DNA of 32,000 nt from Thermococcus kodakarensis KOD1 (GTDB taxonomy: Archaea; Methanobacteriota_B; Thermococci; Thermococcales; Thermococcaceae), in assembly GCF_000009965.1 (NCBI RefSeq), contig NC_006624.1, positions 60,001-92,000 of the forward strand. The letters run 5' to 3'. Positions 23,184 to 30,285 of the stretch are shown here, piece after piece (position 1 is the first letter of the stretch; each line of letters opens with the position of its first letter). Below the pieces are notes generated by a model that was not told the DNA's origin, searched no databases, and saw nothing but the letters and a program-made list of their open reading frames with translations. The translations under genes and the position numbers were made by a program.

Positions 23184-23435
23184 ATGGTGAGGGTGTTGGT
23201 GTATCCGGGCGACACCTTGGCGGCCATGGTCGCCGAGGCCCGGTGGAGGAAGGAGCAGGTCGAGGAAGTGCCGACCCTGCTGGAGTACATCGAGCGCGAG
23301 CTCCAGGTAGCTCGCGACACGGCGTTCTCACTCTCCGCTCGCGGTGAGAAGGAGAATGCGGCGTACTGGACAGGGTACGCCGATGCCTTGGAAGACCTGC
23401 TGAAGAAGATCGAGCGCAGGGAGGTGAGGGCATGA
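23184..23435 (+). CDS. Hypothetical protein, 83 aa
   Basis: RBS aggaggtga upstream; ATGA-coupled to the next gene; GC-rich codon usage. Confidence 0.6.
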   Translation: MVRVLVYPGDTLAAMVAEARWRKEQVEEVPTLLEYIERELQVARDTAFSLSARGEKENAAYWTGYADALEDLLKKIERREVRA

Positions 23436-23629
23436 CGAAGATTCTCGTCTTCACTCGTTACCCGCACGAAAAGGTGTGGGTGTACTCTGGCGACTGCTTC
23501 GACGCTTCAGAGGTCGACAAAGTCTGCGAGATTCTCAGGAATGTCGTCAAGGAGGGCAAGCTCCACGTCAAGATTGAGACTTGGCCTGACAAGGAGGTTC
23601 GGGATCTCTGCAGGAGGGGTCGCTCATGA
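23432..23629 (+). CDS. Hypothetical protein, 65 aa
   Basis: Coupled at both ends by ATGA overlaps. Confidence 0.55.
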   Translation: MTKILVFTRYPHEKVWVYSGDCFDASEVDKVCEILRNVVKEGKLHVKIETWPDKEVRDLCRRGRS

Positions 23630-23736
23630 CCTCTGACCGCCTCATGGACATCATCTTGGCAACCCTCGCCGGCGGCGTGGCGGGCGAGCTGGCCCTGGTG
23701 TTCATTGCACTCCTGATGAAGGTGGTGGGAGCATGA
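23626..23736 (+). CDS. 36-aa membrane peptide (below ORF-track cutoff)
   Basis: Encodes MTSDRLMDIILATLAGGVAGELALVFIALLMKVVGA, with ATGA overlaps on both sides. Confidence 0.45.
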   Translation: MTSDRLMDIILATLAGGVAGELALVFIALLMKVVGA

Positions 23737-23912
23737 GGTGGAAGGTGTATTTCAAGTACGATGCAGGGGACTACATCGCAAAGGGCTGGTTTGCCCCTCG
23801 TGCAGATACGGCAGAAGAAGCTGTTGAGAGGGTCAAGAGGAAGCTGAGAGAAGAGTTCGGGATTGAGAAGCCGCAGATAACAAAAGTACGCCCGGTGGGG
23901 GACCGCTCATGA
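23733..23912 (+). CDS. Hypothetical protein, 59 aa (below ORF-track cutoff)
   Basis: Encodes MRWKVYFKYDAGDYIAKGWFAPRADTAEEAVERVKRKLREEFGIEKPQITKVRPVGDRS and fills the gap exactly between coupled genes. Confidence 0.5.
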   Translation: MRWKVYFKYDAGDYIAKGWFAPRADTAEEAVERVKRKLREEFGIEKPQITKVRPVGDRS

Positions 23913-24268
23913 ACTCCCGCGAGGTTTGGGTCAAGCTCGGCGAGGGGGGCCTGCACGCCCACAAGACGAACGTCTACGCGGTCGTGAGAAAGCTGAAGCG
24001 CGGCGGGTACTCGTTCAGGATTGTCGAGCGTGGCTTCAACGGCTACACGGTGTCAACGAAGACGGAGCGCTATGAGAGCTTGGAGGCCCTCTTCGCGGAG
24101 GTCTCGCCTCGCGACCTCTACCGCGCCCTCCAGAACCACCCTGAGCCAGACGCCAAGGAGGTTTGGGCCGAGGAGCTCGAACTGCTGAAGAAGCTCCTCG
24201 AAAAGCCGGCTGAGAAGAAAACCATCACGCCAACACGCCAGGCGACCCTCGCGGAGGTGCTGTCATGA
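23909..24268 (+). CDS. Hypothetical protein, 119 aa
   Basis: ATGA coupling at both ends; no recognised motif. Confidence 0.6.
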   Translation: MNSREVWVKLGEGGLHAHKTNVYAVVRKLKRGGYSFRIVERGFNGYTVSTKTERYESLEALFAEVSPRDLYRALQNHPEPDAKEVWAEELELLKKLLEKPAEKKTITPTRQATLAEVLS

Positions 24269-24441
24269 GCACTTCCTTCCAGACTGCCCTTGAACTATAC
24301 TCTGAAAGGGAGCAGCAGGAGAGGCGGCGGATCCTTGCGGCGGCGCAGGGGCTGAAGAAGCGCGCTGAGGCGTTCAAGCGGACGTACAGGAAGGACATCA
24401 TGCAGGAGATCATGGAGGTCCTCCTCGGGGGTGGCGAGTGA
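24265..24441 (+). CDS. Hypothetical helical protein, 58 aa (below ORF-track cutoff)
   Basis: Encodes MSTSFQTALELYSEREQQERRRILAAAQGLKKRAEAFKRTYRKDIMQEIMEVLLGGGE. Coupled on both sides. Confidence 0.45.
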   Translation: MSTSFQTALELYSEREQQERRRILAAAQGLKKRAEAFKRTYRKDIMQEIMEVLLGGGE

Positions 24442-25019
24442 TGGTCGCGGCTCGGGCTCAGATGATCCGCCAGGCGGCGAAATACGGCCGTCACGTCTAC
24501 AGACCCTTCTTTGACTACATGCAGCGGGAAATCCGGAGCGCAGAGAACAGGTACATATTCAGCACTCTCGTTGAAGACGCCTTCCCTGGCAAGTTCTCCC
24601 TCTACGACCTGGATGAGCTTGTCTTCAGGAAAAACTCGAATGAGCCGCTCGCGGCCTTCGAGCTGAAGTTCATCAGCTGGAGGGTCATCAAGGACGCGTG
24701 GGCGCAGGGTGAGTTGGAGATCAACGGCTGGCAGTTCCAGCGGCTCAGGCGGCTTTCAGAACTCCTCGCGGTCCCGCTGTACTATTTCATTCAGATCGGC
24801 AACGAGGAGCAGTTTGTGATGTTCAACGTGCAGCAGGTCGAGCCTTCTTTCGAGTACCGGCGCGGCGGCTCGGCGCGGGATTACTACGCTGTCATCAGCC
24901 TCGATGATGTGATCGTCAGCAGGAGCTTTGAGGAGTTTGTGGATGACCTCGGCCTTCTCCTTGGTGTGAACTTGGCAAAGCCGGCTCAGATTCCAGCCTA
25001 TGCCGTCGGAGGGAGGTGA
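24438..25019 (+). CDS. Candidate PD-(D/E)xK-fold nuclease, 193 aa
   Basis: LYDLDELVFRKNSNEPLAAFELKFIS fits a D...(D/E)-x-K signature with the expected beta-strand context. No other motif recognised. Confidence 0.4.
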   Translation: MMVAARAQMIRQAAKYGRHVYRPFFDYMQREIRSAENRYIFSTLVEDAFPGKFSLYDLDELVFRKNSNEPLAAFELKFISWRVIKDAWAQGELEINGWQFQRLRRLSELLAVPLYYFIQIGNEEQFVMFNVQQVEPSFEYRRGGSARDYYAVISLDDVIVSRSFEEFVDDLGLLLGVNLAKPAQIPAYAVGGR

Positions 25020-25026
25020 CGGGGCG

Positions 25027-25341
25027 ATGAGCGTGGATTTGTCGTTTGTCAATGGATTCATAGTTGGTGCGGGCGCAACGTTCTTTGTCCTCTTAGTACT
25101 AGCCCATATATATGGTGGTAAGATCGACATAAAGCGAACAGGGGTCGCGAACCTGTACTTTGGTCTCGCCGCAAGGAAGGCAGTCAGAATTGAAGTGGAT
25201 CAGGACAAGGCGAAGATCCTCGTCATTAATGAGGATGTAGCATGCTCTATTGATTTTGACCCCTCGGAGTTCAAGGCCTTCAAAAAGGCCCTTCTCAAGC
25301 TAGGGCCTGAGGTTGAGGAGCGTGATGTCAGTGAGTCTTAA
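25027..25341 (+). CDS. Membrane-anchored hypothetical protein, 104 aa
   Basis: ATG at 25027 after ggagggaggtga. N-terminal TM helix FIVGAGATFFVLLVLAHIY. Confidence 0.55.
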   Translation: MSVDLSFVNGFIVGAGATFFVLLVLAHIYGGKIDIKRTGVANLYFGLAARKAVRIEVDQDKAKILVINEDVACSIDFDPSEFKAFKKALLKLGPEVEERDVSES

Positions 25342-25414
25342 CTTTCATACGAAAGTTAAGCCATTTATCGCACTTATTTTTAACATTCAAGGCGAAATAA
25401 AGACGAAAGTTAAG
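25337..25414. promoter_or_regulatory. 10-bp-arm perfect palindrome plus a third 12-bp copy flanking a TATA-like box upstream of the small recombinase gene
   Basis: cttaactttc-atac-gaaagttaag at 25337-25360. acgaaagttaag recurs at 25403-25414 (identical to 25349-25360). ttatttttaac at 25373-25384 lies between them. Confidence 0.5.
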
Positions 25415-25430
25415 AAATGAGGTGAGAAAC

Positions 25431-25949
25431 GTGGTGAAACCCTTCGCATGGGACAAAGGCCTCGACTATGAGAAAACCTATCGACAGATCCTCAACCACT
25501 ATCGCCAAGCCACCCGTGACACATCCAAAGCCTACGACATCATACTCCTGACTCAACTCCGCAACGGCTCCAGGCTCACCGAGGCCATCAACTTCCTCAA
25601 AAAGCTCATTGAAGAAAAGCCCTTCAAGCGCCAGAAGTACATCAAAGTCGAAAAGCGGAAAGACGGCTATGAAAGGCTCATGGTTCTTCCAGAGGAAATT
25701 GATAAGAAAGAGCTGATGAGGGTCTCCTACGTCATCAAAGAGGCCAACAAGTGGAAGGTCTCAACCTATTGTAAAAGGACCTACGGGTTCAACACCCACG
25801 CCTTGAGGTATGCACTAATATCATATCTATCTCAGAAAGGCGTTGCTCCACAGCTTATAGCAAAGATTACCGGCCACAAGACGCTCGACTACATTCTATA
25901 CTACACCCAACAGCAGAAGGCAGAAGAGCTTCTCAAGGACCTGAGGTGA
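25431..25949 (+). CDS. Minimal (catalytic-domain-only) tyrosine recombinase, ~172 aa
   Basis: GTG at 25431/25434 after gaggtga (track start 25422). Arg NGSRLTEA, H-x-x-R THALRYALIS, GHKTLDYILYYT (His/Tyr). Only ~45 aa precede the first Arg, so there is no core-binding domain. Confidence 0.75.
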   Translation: MVKPFAWDKGLDYEKTYRQILNHYRQATRDTSKAYDIILLTQLRNGSRLTEAINFLKKLIEEKPFKRQKYIKVEKRKDGYERLMVLPEEIDKKELMRVSYVIKEANKWKVSTYCKRTYGFNTHALRYALISYLSQKGVAPQLIAKITGHKTLDYILYYTQQQKAEELLKDLR

Positions 25950-26008
25950 TGCCGCATGCATATATATCATAATACTCTATATGACCTCGGTGATAAAGAG
26001 TGGGACAA

Positions 26009-26263
26009 ATGGGCAAAGTGGCCACTCCTGAACGCGGCTCTCACACAGCCCAAAAGCCAGAAAAGAAGCGAAAGACAAGGCTCCACATCACGCTTGATGA
26101 AGATGTCGGCGAAGTTCTTGACAGGCTGTACATCAGAAAGTCTCAGTTCATCAACGACCTGCTCAGAATCATTCTTTTTGGGGAGGGGGACGTTATGAGC
26201 TTTTTAGAATCGTTGTGGTGGGCCCGCGGGGATTCGAACCCCGGACCTCCGCCGTGTGAGGGC
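26009..26263 (+). CDS. int: SSV-type integrase N-terminal fragment Int(N) with RHH-like segment; joins 2906..3724 in the circular form (357 aa)
   Basis: ATG at 26009 downstream of atatatatcataatactctatat. RLHITLDEDVGEVLDRLYIRKSQFINDLLRIIL is RHH-like. It ends with the att-encoded WWARGDSNPGPPPCEG in the same frame as Int(C). The ORF-track extension to 26422 is read-through into the tRNA. Confidence 0.75.
26216..26263. repeat. attR: 48-bp att copy forming the 3' part of the intact tRNA-Val
   Basis: Identical to 2858-2905. Confidence 0.95.
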
Positions 26264-26293
26264 GGCGTCATAACCAGTCTAGACCACGGGCCC
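26216..26293 (-). tRNA. tRNA-Val (anticodon CAC), 78 nt with encoded CCA
   Basis: The reverse complement is GGGCCCGUGGUCUAGACUGGUUAUGACGCCGCCCUCACACGGCGGAGGUCCGGGGUUCGAAUCCCCGCGGGCCCACCA. Acceptor stem GGGCCCG/CGGGCCC. Anticodon stem CCGCC/GGCGG with loop CUCACAC. T arm CGGGG-UUCGAAU-CCCCG. Confidence 0.92.
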
Positions 26294-26333
26294 GCCCGAA
26301 GTAGTGAAAGGGTGGGAAAATATAAAGCTTTCG

Positions 26334-27128
26334 CTAAACTTCTTCGAGTATCTTCTCGGGTGCTCCAGCGAACTCCACCAGGTATTCTGCCTCAACTATG
26401 TGAAGCCTGCCTGGGACGATAAGGACGTGGGGCTGTCTTCCGAAGTCCTCGTTTATGAGCTCCCTGACGTAGCCGGCCCTCAGAGTCGGCTCAAGCGAAC
26501 CAGCCCTCGCTAAGACGACAACGAGAGTCTCAGGGGTGAACACTCCTTCACCTTTCATTTCCTCGACTTTGAGAAGTATCTCCATCGCTTCATTGGCCGT
26601 CATGTAGCGGTTCTGGTCTGCCTTGATGTCGAGGAACAGAAGCGTGTGGAGACCCCTTTCTTTGTTATCCCTTATCACGTCGTAGTGGCTCGTCGGGAAC
26701 CAGTTCTTCTCGGGATAGGCAACGGTAGCGCTCTTCCCGAACTTGTATATCTGAAGACCGGTGATTGCCACCGCGGAGTAAATGCTTGGAGCGTGGATAA
26801 CGTAGCTCTTAACTCCAGCTTTCTTTGCCCTTATCCTGAGGTCTGAGTGAGTAGTTGCCACCATCGGGTCTCCGGCGGTTAAAAACGCAACGTCTTTGTC
26901 CTTAGCCTCGGGAAGAACTATTCTCTCGAAGTTCAGCTCAACATCCTCCCTGCTGAGTCGAACTATCGGCTTGCCGATGAGCTCCTCAATTTTCTCAAGG
27001 GTGGTACCTGCTAAAAGGGAAGTGTAGAACTCAGCGAAGACTTTATCACACCTTCTCGCCGTTTCCAGTCCCTTGAGTGTGATGTCCTTTTCATCGTAAA
27101 GCCCAAGCCCAATGAAGTACAGCACCAT
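26334..27128 (-). CDS. dphB: Diphthine synthase
   Basis: MVLYFIGLGLYDEKDITLKGLETARRCDKVFAEFYTS...GDPMVATTH...YVIHAPSIYSAV...KFGKSATVAYPE is near-colinear with Pyrococcus diphthine synthase as I remember it. The start is taken at the MVLYF ATG (27128) rather than 27140. Confidence 0.92.
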   Translation of the reverse strand: MVLYFIGLGLYDEKDITLKGLETARRCDKVFAEFYTSLLAGTTLEKIEELIGKPIVRLSREDVELNFERIVLPEAKDKDVAFLTAGDPMVATTHSDLRIRAKKAGVKSYVIHAPSIYSAVAITGLQIYKFGKSATVAYPEKNWFPTSHYDVIRDNKERGLHTLLFLDIKADQNRYMTANEAMEILLKVEEMKGEGVFTPETLVVVLARAGSLEPTLRAGYVRELINEDFGRQPHVLIVPGRLHIVEAEYLVEFAGAPEKILEEV

Positions 27129-27152
27129 TTCTATCACCACATCAAAGGTGTT

Positions 27153-27210
27153 CCTAAAACTTTTAAGTTTTGGGAAAACTACTTAAAGGTTTTTGGTGAA
27201 CCTAAAACCA
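27153..27210. promoter_or_regulatory. Divergent promoter region with an imperfect palindrome and a repeated CCTAAAAC
   Basis: aaaactt-tt-aagtttt at 27156-27171, flanked by cct/ggg. cctaaaac recurs at 27202-27209, just before the DtxR-like start. Confidence 0.3.
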
Positions 27211-27211
27211 G

Positions 27212-27664
27212 GTGGTTGACGTGGAAGTAACGAAGAGGGAGGAAGAGTACCTTGAAACTATGTATATTCTCCACAAGAACAAAGGAGTCATCCGCGTCAA
27301 GGACATAGCGAAGGCCCTGAACGTCAGGCCCCCGAGCGTTGTTGATGCCCTTAAAAAACTCGCTGAAAAGGGTCTCATTGAATACGAAAAGTACGACAGA
27401 ATACTCCTGACCGAAAAGGGAAGGGAAATTGCCGAAAACACGTATTCCAAGCACGTATTCCTTACGAAGTTCTTCACGGACATACTCGGCATACCACCGG
27501 AGATCGCAGAGCAGGACGCGTGCCAGTTCGAGCACTACGTAAGCGAAATAACCGTTAAACGGATGAGGGAATTTGCGGAATTCATCCAGGAGCAGTGTCC
27601 CTACGTCCTGAAGCAGTTCCTGAAGGAGAAACTCGAAGAAGCCGAGCCTGAAGAAGGGGCTTAG
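27212..27664 (+). CDS. DtxR/MntR-family metal-dependent transcriptional repressor
   Basis: EEEYLETMYILHKNKGVIRVKDIAKALNVRPPSVVDALKKLAEKGLIEYEKYDRILLTEKGREIA...HVFLTKFFTDILGIPPEIAEQDACQFEH is typical of the wHTH plus dimerisation/metal domain. Confidence 0.88.
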   Translation: MVDVEVTKREEEYLETMYILHKNKGVIRVKDIAKALNVRPPSVVDALKKLAEKGLIEYEKYDRILLTEKGREIAENTYSKHVFLTKFFTDILGIPPEIAEQDACQFEHYVSEITVKRMREFAEFIQEQCPYVLKQFLKEKLEEAEPEEGA

Positions 27665-28266
27665 TGGTTCAACTGATTTTGGTTTTCTCATCCACTATTC
27701 TTTTAACCCCTTTATTCCAATCCCGATACGCGATGATGAGTGAATCCAATGCTGATGAGATGATGAGCCCCAAACCTGAGCAAGAGGTGATTGAACTGGA
27801 GAAGCTGTCCCAAAAGATAGACGGCATCAGCAGGCAACTTCAGGCCATTAAAGAGGCCGAGGAAAAGAAAAACGAACCGGACACCCTCGGGTGGGACGAC
27901 ATCACTCAGGAAATCATCGGGGCTGTGACCTTTGCACTCCCATTCCTTTTCACAGGCGAGCTCTGGGACGTTGCCAAGGCGATTTCCCTTGAAAGAGCCG
28001 TTGTGATATTTCTGCTCACCCTGGGCATCGCGTACCTGTTCCTCGTGAAGTCCCGGCTCGGGAATATGAAGAGGGAGGAGCTGTTCCACCTGCCAAAGAG
28101 GCTCATAAGCGTGTCCGTTATCTCGTACACTATTTCGGCGCTTCTCATCTACCTTTACGACATAAACGGTGTCGCTCACTTCACACCCGTCCAGTACCTG
28201 AACGCGACGGTCATAGTGAGCGCGTTCGCGGTTATCGGTGCAATAGCTGTTGACATGGTGAAGTGA
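27664..28266 (+). CDS. Integral membrane protein (4 TM), unknown function; start uncertain (ATG 27733 possible)
   Basis: Acidic N-terminal region followed by four hydrophobic helices. Abuts the DtxR-like gene. Confidence 0.65.
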   Translation: MVQLILVFSSTILLTPLFQSRYAMMSESNADEMMSPKPEQEVIELEKLSQKIDGISRQLQAIKEAEEKKNEPDTLGWDDITQEIIGAVTFALPFLFTGELWDVAKAISLERAVVIFLLTLGIAYLFLVKSRLGNMKREELFHLPKRLISVSVISYTISALLIYLYDINGVAHFTPVQYLNATVIVSAFAVIGAIAVDMVK

Positions 28267-29280
28267 ATGAGGGTTGTTACTGGAAACAAATGGGAGCAGT
28301 TTGGAGATGCGGTTCTATTTCCCGAGTATGGAAAGAACAGGGAAGACCTCTTGAAGTTCGTTGATTCCCTTTCGGGCGAAGAGACGCTGGTAACATCGAG
28401 CCTTGAGGTTATCGACCTTCTCGCTGAACGCTTCAGGAAAAGCGAGGAGAACATCCTCGTTTACTCGGACACTATGAAAAGCCTGACTCTCAAGGAGGTC
28501 TATGAACTCAGGAAGTACCTTGACTTTGATGTCCGCGGTGGTTTTTCTGGAGAAGATGCTCCGGTCTCGGTTCTCTTTGTTGAAGGGAAGACGGACTCCA
28601 AGTTCTTCAAGGCAGTCATGAAGAAGCTCTTCGACTTCAGAGAATCCAGAACCGCGCCAAGGAACCTGAAGTTCATTGAGAAGGTCTTTGAGCGCGACAA
28701 CTTTGACCTCCTCCATAAGGACGGAAAGTACGTTGCCGTAATCCCGAGCGAGGGAAACTCCGGTGTCATAAGGAACCTGGGCAACTTCCTCAAAGCCATG
28801 GACGTCTTTGGCTTCGGCGTTGAGAGAATAGGGGTTGCCATTGACGTCGATGAGGACAGGGAAGCGGCCATGGCGTCAATAACTGGCAAACTGGCATCCT
28901 TTAGTCCAAGGAAAGCCGGGGATTTTTACTTGGTCTGGAACACGTTCATCGTGCCGCTCATTATAGGTCTCCCCTTTGAGGACGAGCTTATTGACTGGAA
29001 GAAGCCGACGGTTGAGGATTTGATGCTCCACCTCATAAGCGCGGAGGGCCTTCTTGAGAAGCTCCGGCCTGCCCTTGGGGCTTTCGAGGAGAGCCTTGGG
29101 AGGAAACTCAAGCCAAAGGAGGTCATGTATCTGGCTCTCTCCGCCTACGGGCACTGGGGCAACCTCGAGGGGTTCTACGAGCTCTTCGTGATGCGCTCCC
29201 GCCACAGGCACATCAAGGACGTGCTCAGGAAGGCAGGTCTCATGGAGGGCCTGCGCTTCCTCGCCTTTGCCGAGCGCTGA
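28267..29280 (+). CDS. Conserved hypothetical protein with a Toprim-like (DUF4435/OLD-type) signature
   Basis: SVLFVEGKTDSKFFKAV (Glu), VAVIPSEGNSGV and IGVAIDVDEDREA (DxD-like) occur in the order expected for a Toprim fold. The start immediately follows the upstream stop. Confidence 0.6.
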   Translation: MRVVTGNKWEQFGDAVLFPEYGKNREDLLKFVDSLSGEETLVTSSLEVIDLLAERFRKSEENILVYSDTMKSLTLKEVYELRKYLDFDVRGGFSGEDAPVSVLFVEGKTDSKFFKAVMKKLFDFRESRTAPRNLKFIEKVFERDNFDLLHKDGKYVAVIPSEGNSGVIRNLGNFLKAMDVFGFGVERIGVAIDVDEDREAAMASITGKLASFSPRKAGDFYLVWNTFIVPLIIGLPFEDELIDWKKPTVEDLMLHLISAEGLLEKLRPALGAFEESLGRKLKPKEVMYLALSAYGHWGNLEGFYELFVMRSRHRHIKDVLRKAGLMEGLRFLAFAER

Positions 29281-29307
29281 GTTTTTAACTCCCTTTCCCA
29301 TCTCCAG

Positions 29308-30060
29308 GTGGTGATGTCCATGAAGCTGGTCTCATTTGACGTCTGGAACACACTTCTCGATATGAACGGGATGCTCGACGCTTTCTCAGCAGAGCTCTCA
29401 AACATCATGGGCACCTGCATCGTCGACGTTGTGGAGGCCATAATGCTGACGAGGGCGAGGATAAAGGGAATGAGGGCCAGGGGCGAAGGCGATCCGAAAA
29501 GGGCGCTTGAGGAGAGCCAGGAAATGCTCGCGGAAATCCTTGGCGTGGACATCGAGGTTATAAGGAGGGCCGCGGCGAGGGCCACCCTAAATGTCGGTGA
29601 CCTCGTCCTACCCGGGGCGGAGGATGCCCTCAAGGACGCCAAGAGGCGCGGTCTGAAGGTTACTGTAACTGGCAACGTCATGTTCTGGCCGGGTTCCTAT
29701 ACGAGACTGCTCCTCGAGAGGGTTGGCCTTATGAGGTACATAGACCGGACGTTCTTCGCGGATGAGGTTGGGGCCTTCAAGCCGCTTCCGGAGATGTTTA
29801 GAAAGCCTCTGGAGGTCTTCGGTGTTGAGCCGGAGGAGGCCCTTCACGTCGGCGACACCTATGCGGAGGACTTTGAAGGAGCCCTGAGGGTTGGCATGTG
29901 GGGGGCGTGGATAAACCCCGAGGCTGAAGGCGTCAGGAGAATCTCCGAGAGGGGCTTTGAGATACCCTCAATCGGTGAGCTGCCCGAAGTCCTTGATATG
30001 CTAACTGGGGATATGGGAAAAGCTTATAAATCGACTGGGCAACGCTCACCAGAGGTTTAA
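29308..30060 (+). CDS. HAD-superfamily hydrolase
   Basis: Motif [13 protein letters not shown], motif II VTVTGNV, Lys FKPLPEMF, motif [15 protein letters not shown]. Confidence 0.8.
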
Positions 30061-30094
30061 AAACCCACCTTTCTTGGAGGTGTTCGCAGTGGAG

Positions 30095-30268
30095 ATGAAG
30101 TTCGAGGTACCCGTATGCACCTCATGCGGAAAGGAGATAACCCCAAGGGAGCACGCCACTCACTTCGTTTGCCCGAACTGCGGTGAGGCGATCATATGGC
30201 GCTGCGAAAGCTGCAGGGTGCTCAGCGTGCCCTACAAGTGCCCCAAGTGCGGATGGGAGGGGCCGTGA
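30095..30268 (+). CDS. Zn-ribbon protein (two CxxC pairs x2) of the type found upstream of aEF-1beta; GTG 30089 or TTG 30074 starts possible
   Basis: CTSCG...CPNCG...CESC...CPKCG. Confidence 0.75.
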
Positions 30269-30285
30269 GTTAGGAGGTGAATGAT

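Larger units (their letters stand above)
2858..26263 (+). mobile_element. Integrated plasmid/provirus-like element (23,406 bp including both att copies; 23,358 bp as a circle), tRNA-Val targeted, SSV-type split integrase
   Basis: Perfect 48-bp att direct repeats. The integrase ORF is split in frame across att (Int(N) 26009..26263, Int(C) 2858..3724). All internal genes are co-directional. It carries its own MCM replicative helicase, and base composition changes in blocks. Confidence 0.9.

Noticed and set aside
23143-23467. Two 103-aa minus-strand ORFs
   Set aside because: They are products of the very GC-rich composition antisense to coupled + strand genes, with Arg/Ser/Pro-rich translations.
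25956-26198. 80-aa + strand ORF starting at ATG 25956
   Set aside because: It is out of frame with the Int(N) ORF, whose frame is validated by in-frame continuity through att into Int(C). The ATG lies within the TATA-like promoter sequence.
26264-26422. Extension of the 26000..26422 ORF across the tRNA gene
   Set aside because: It is read-through created by integration. The sequence beyond 26263 is the tRNA 5' half and chromosomal spacer, not ancestral coding sequence.
27179-27691. 170-aa minus-strand ORF
   Set aside because: It is antisense to the DtxR-family gene, which has a clear wHTH and metal-domain signature on the + strand.
28315-29681. Minus-strand ORFs 28315..28716, 28500..28889, 28876..29301 and 29175..29681
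   Set aside because: They are overlapping antisense frames to two + strand genes with recognisable motifs (Toprim-like, HAD). They have no independent support.
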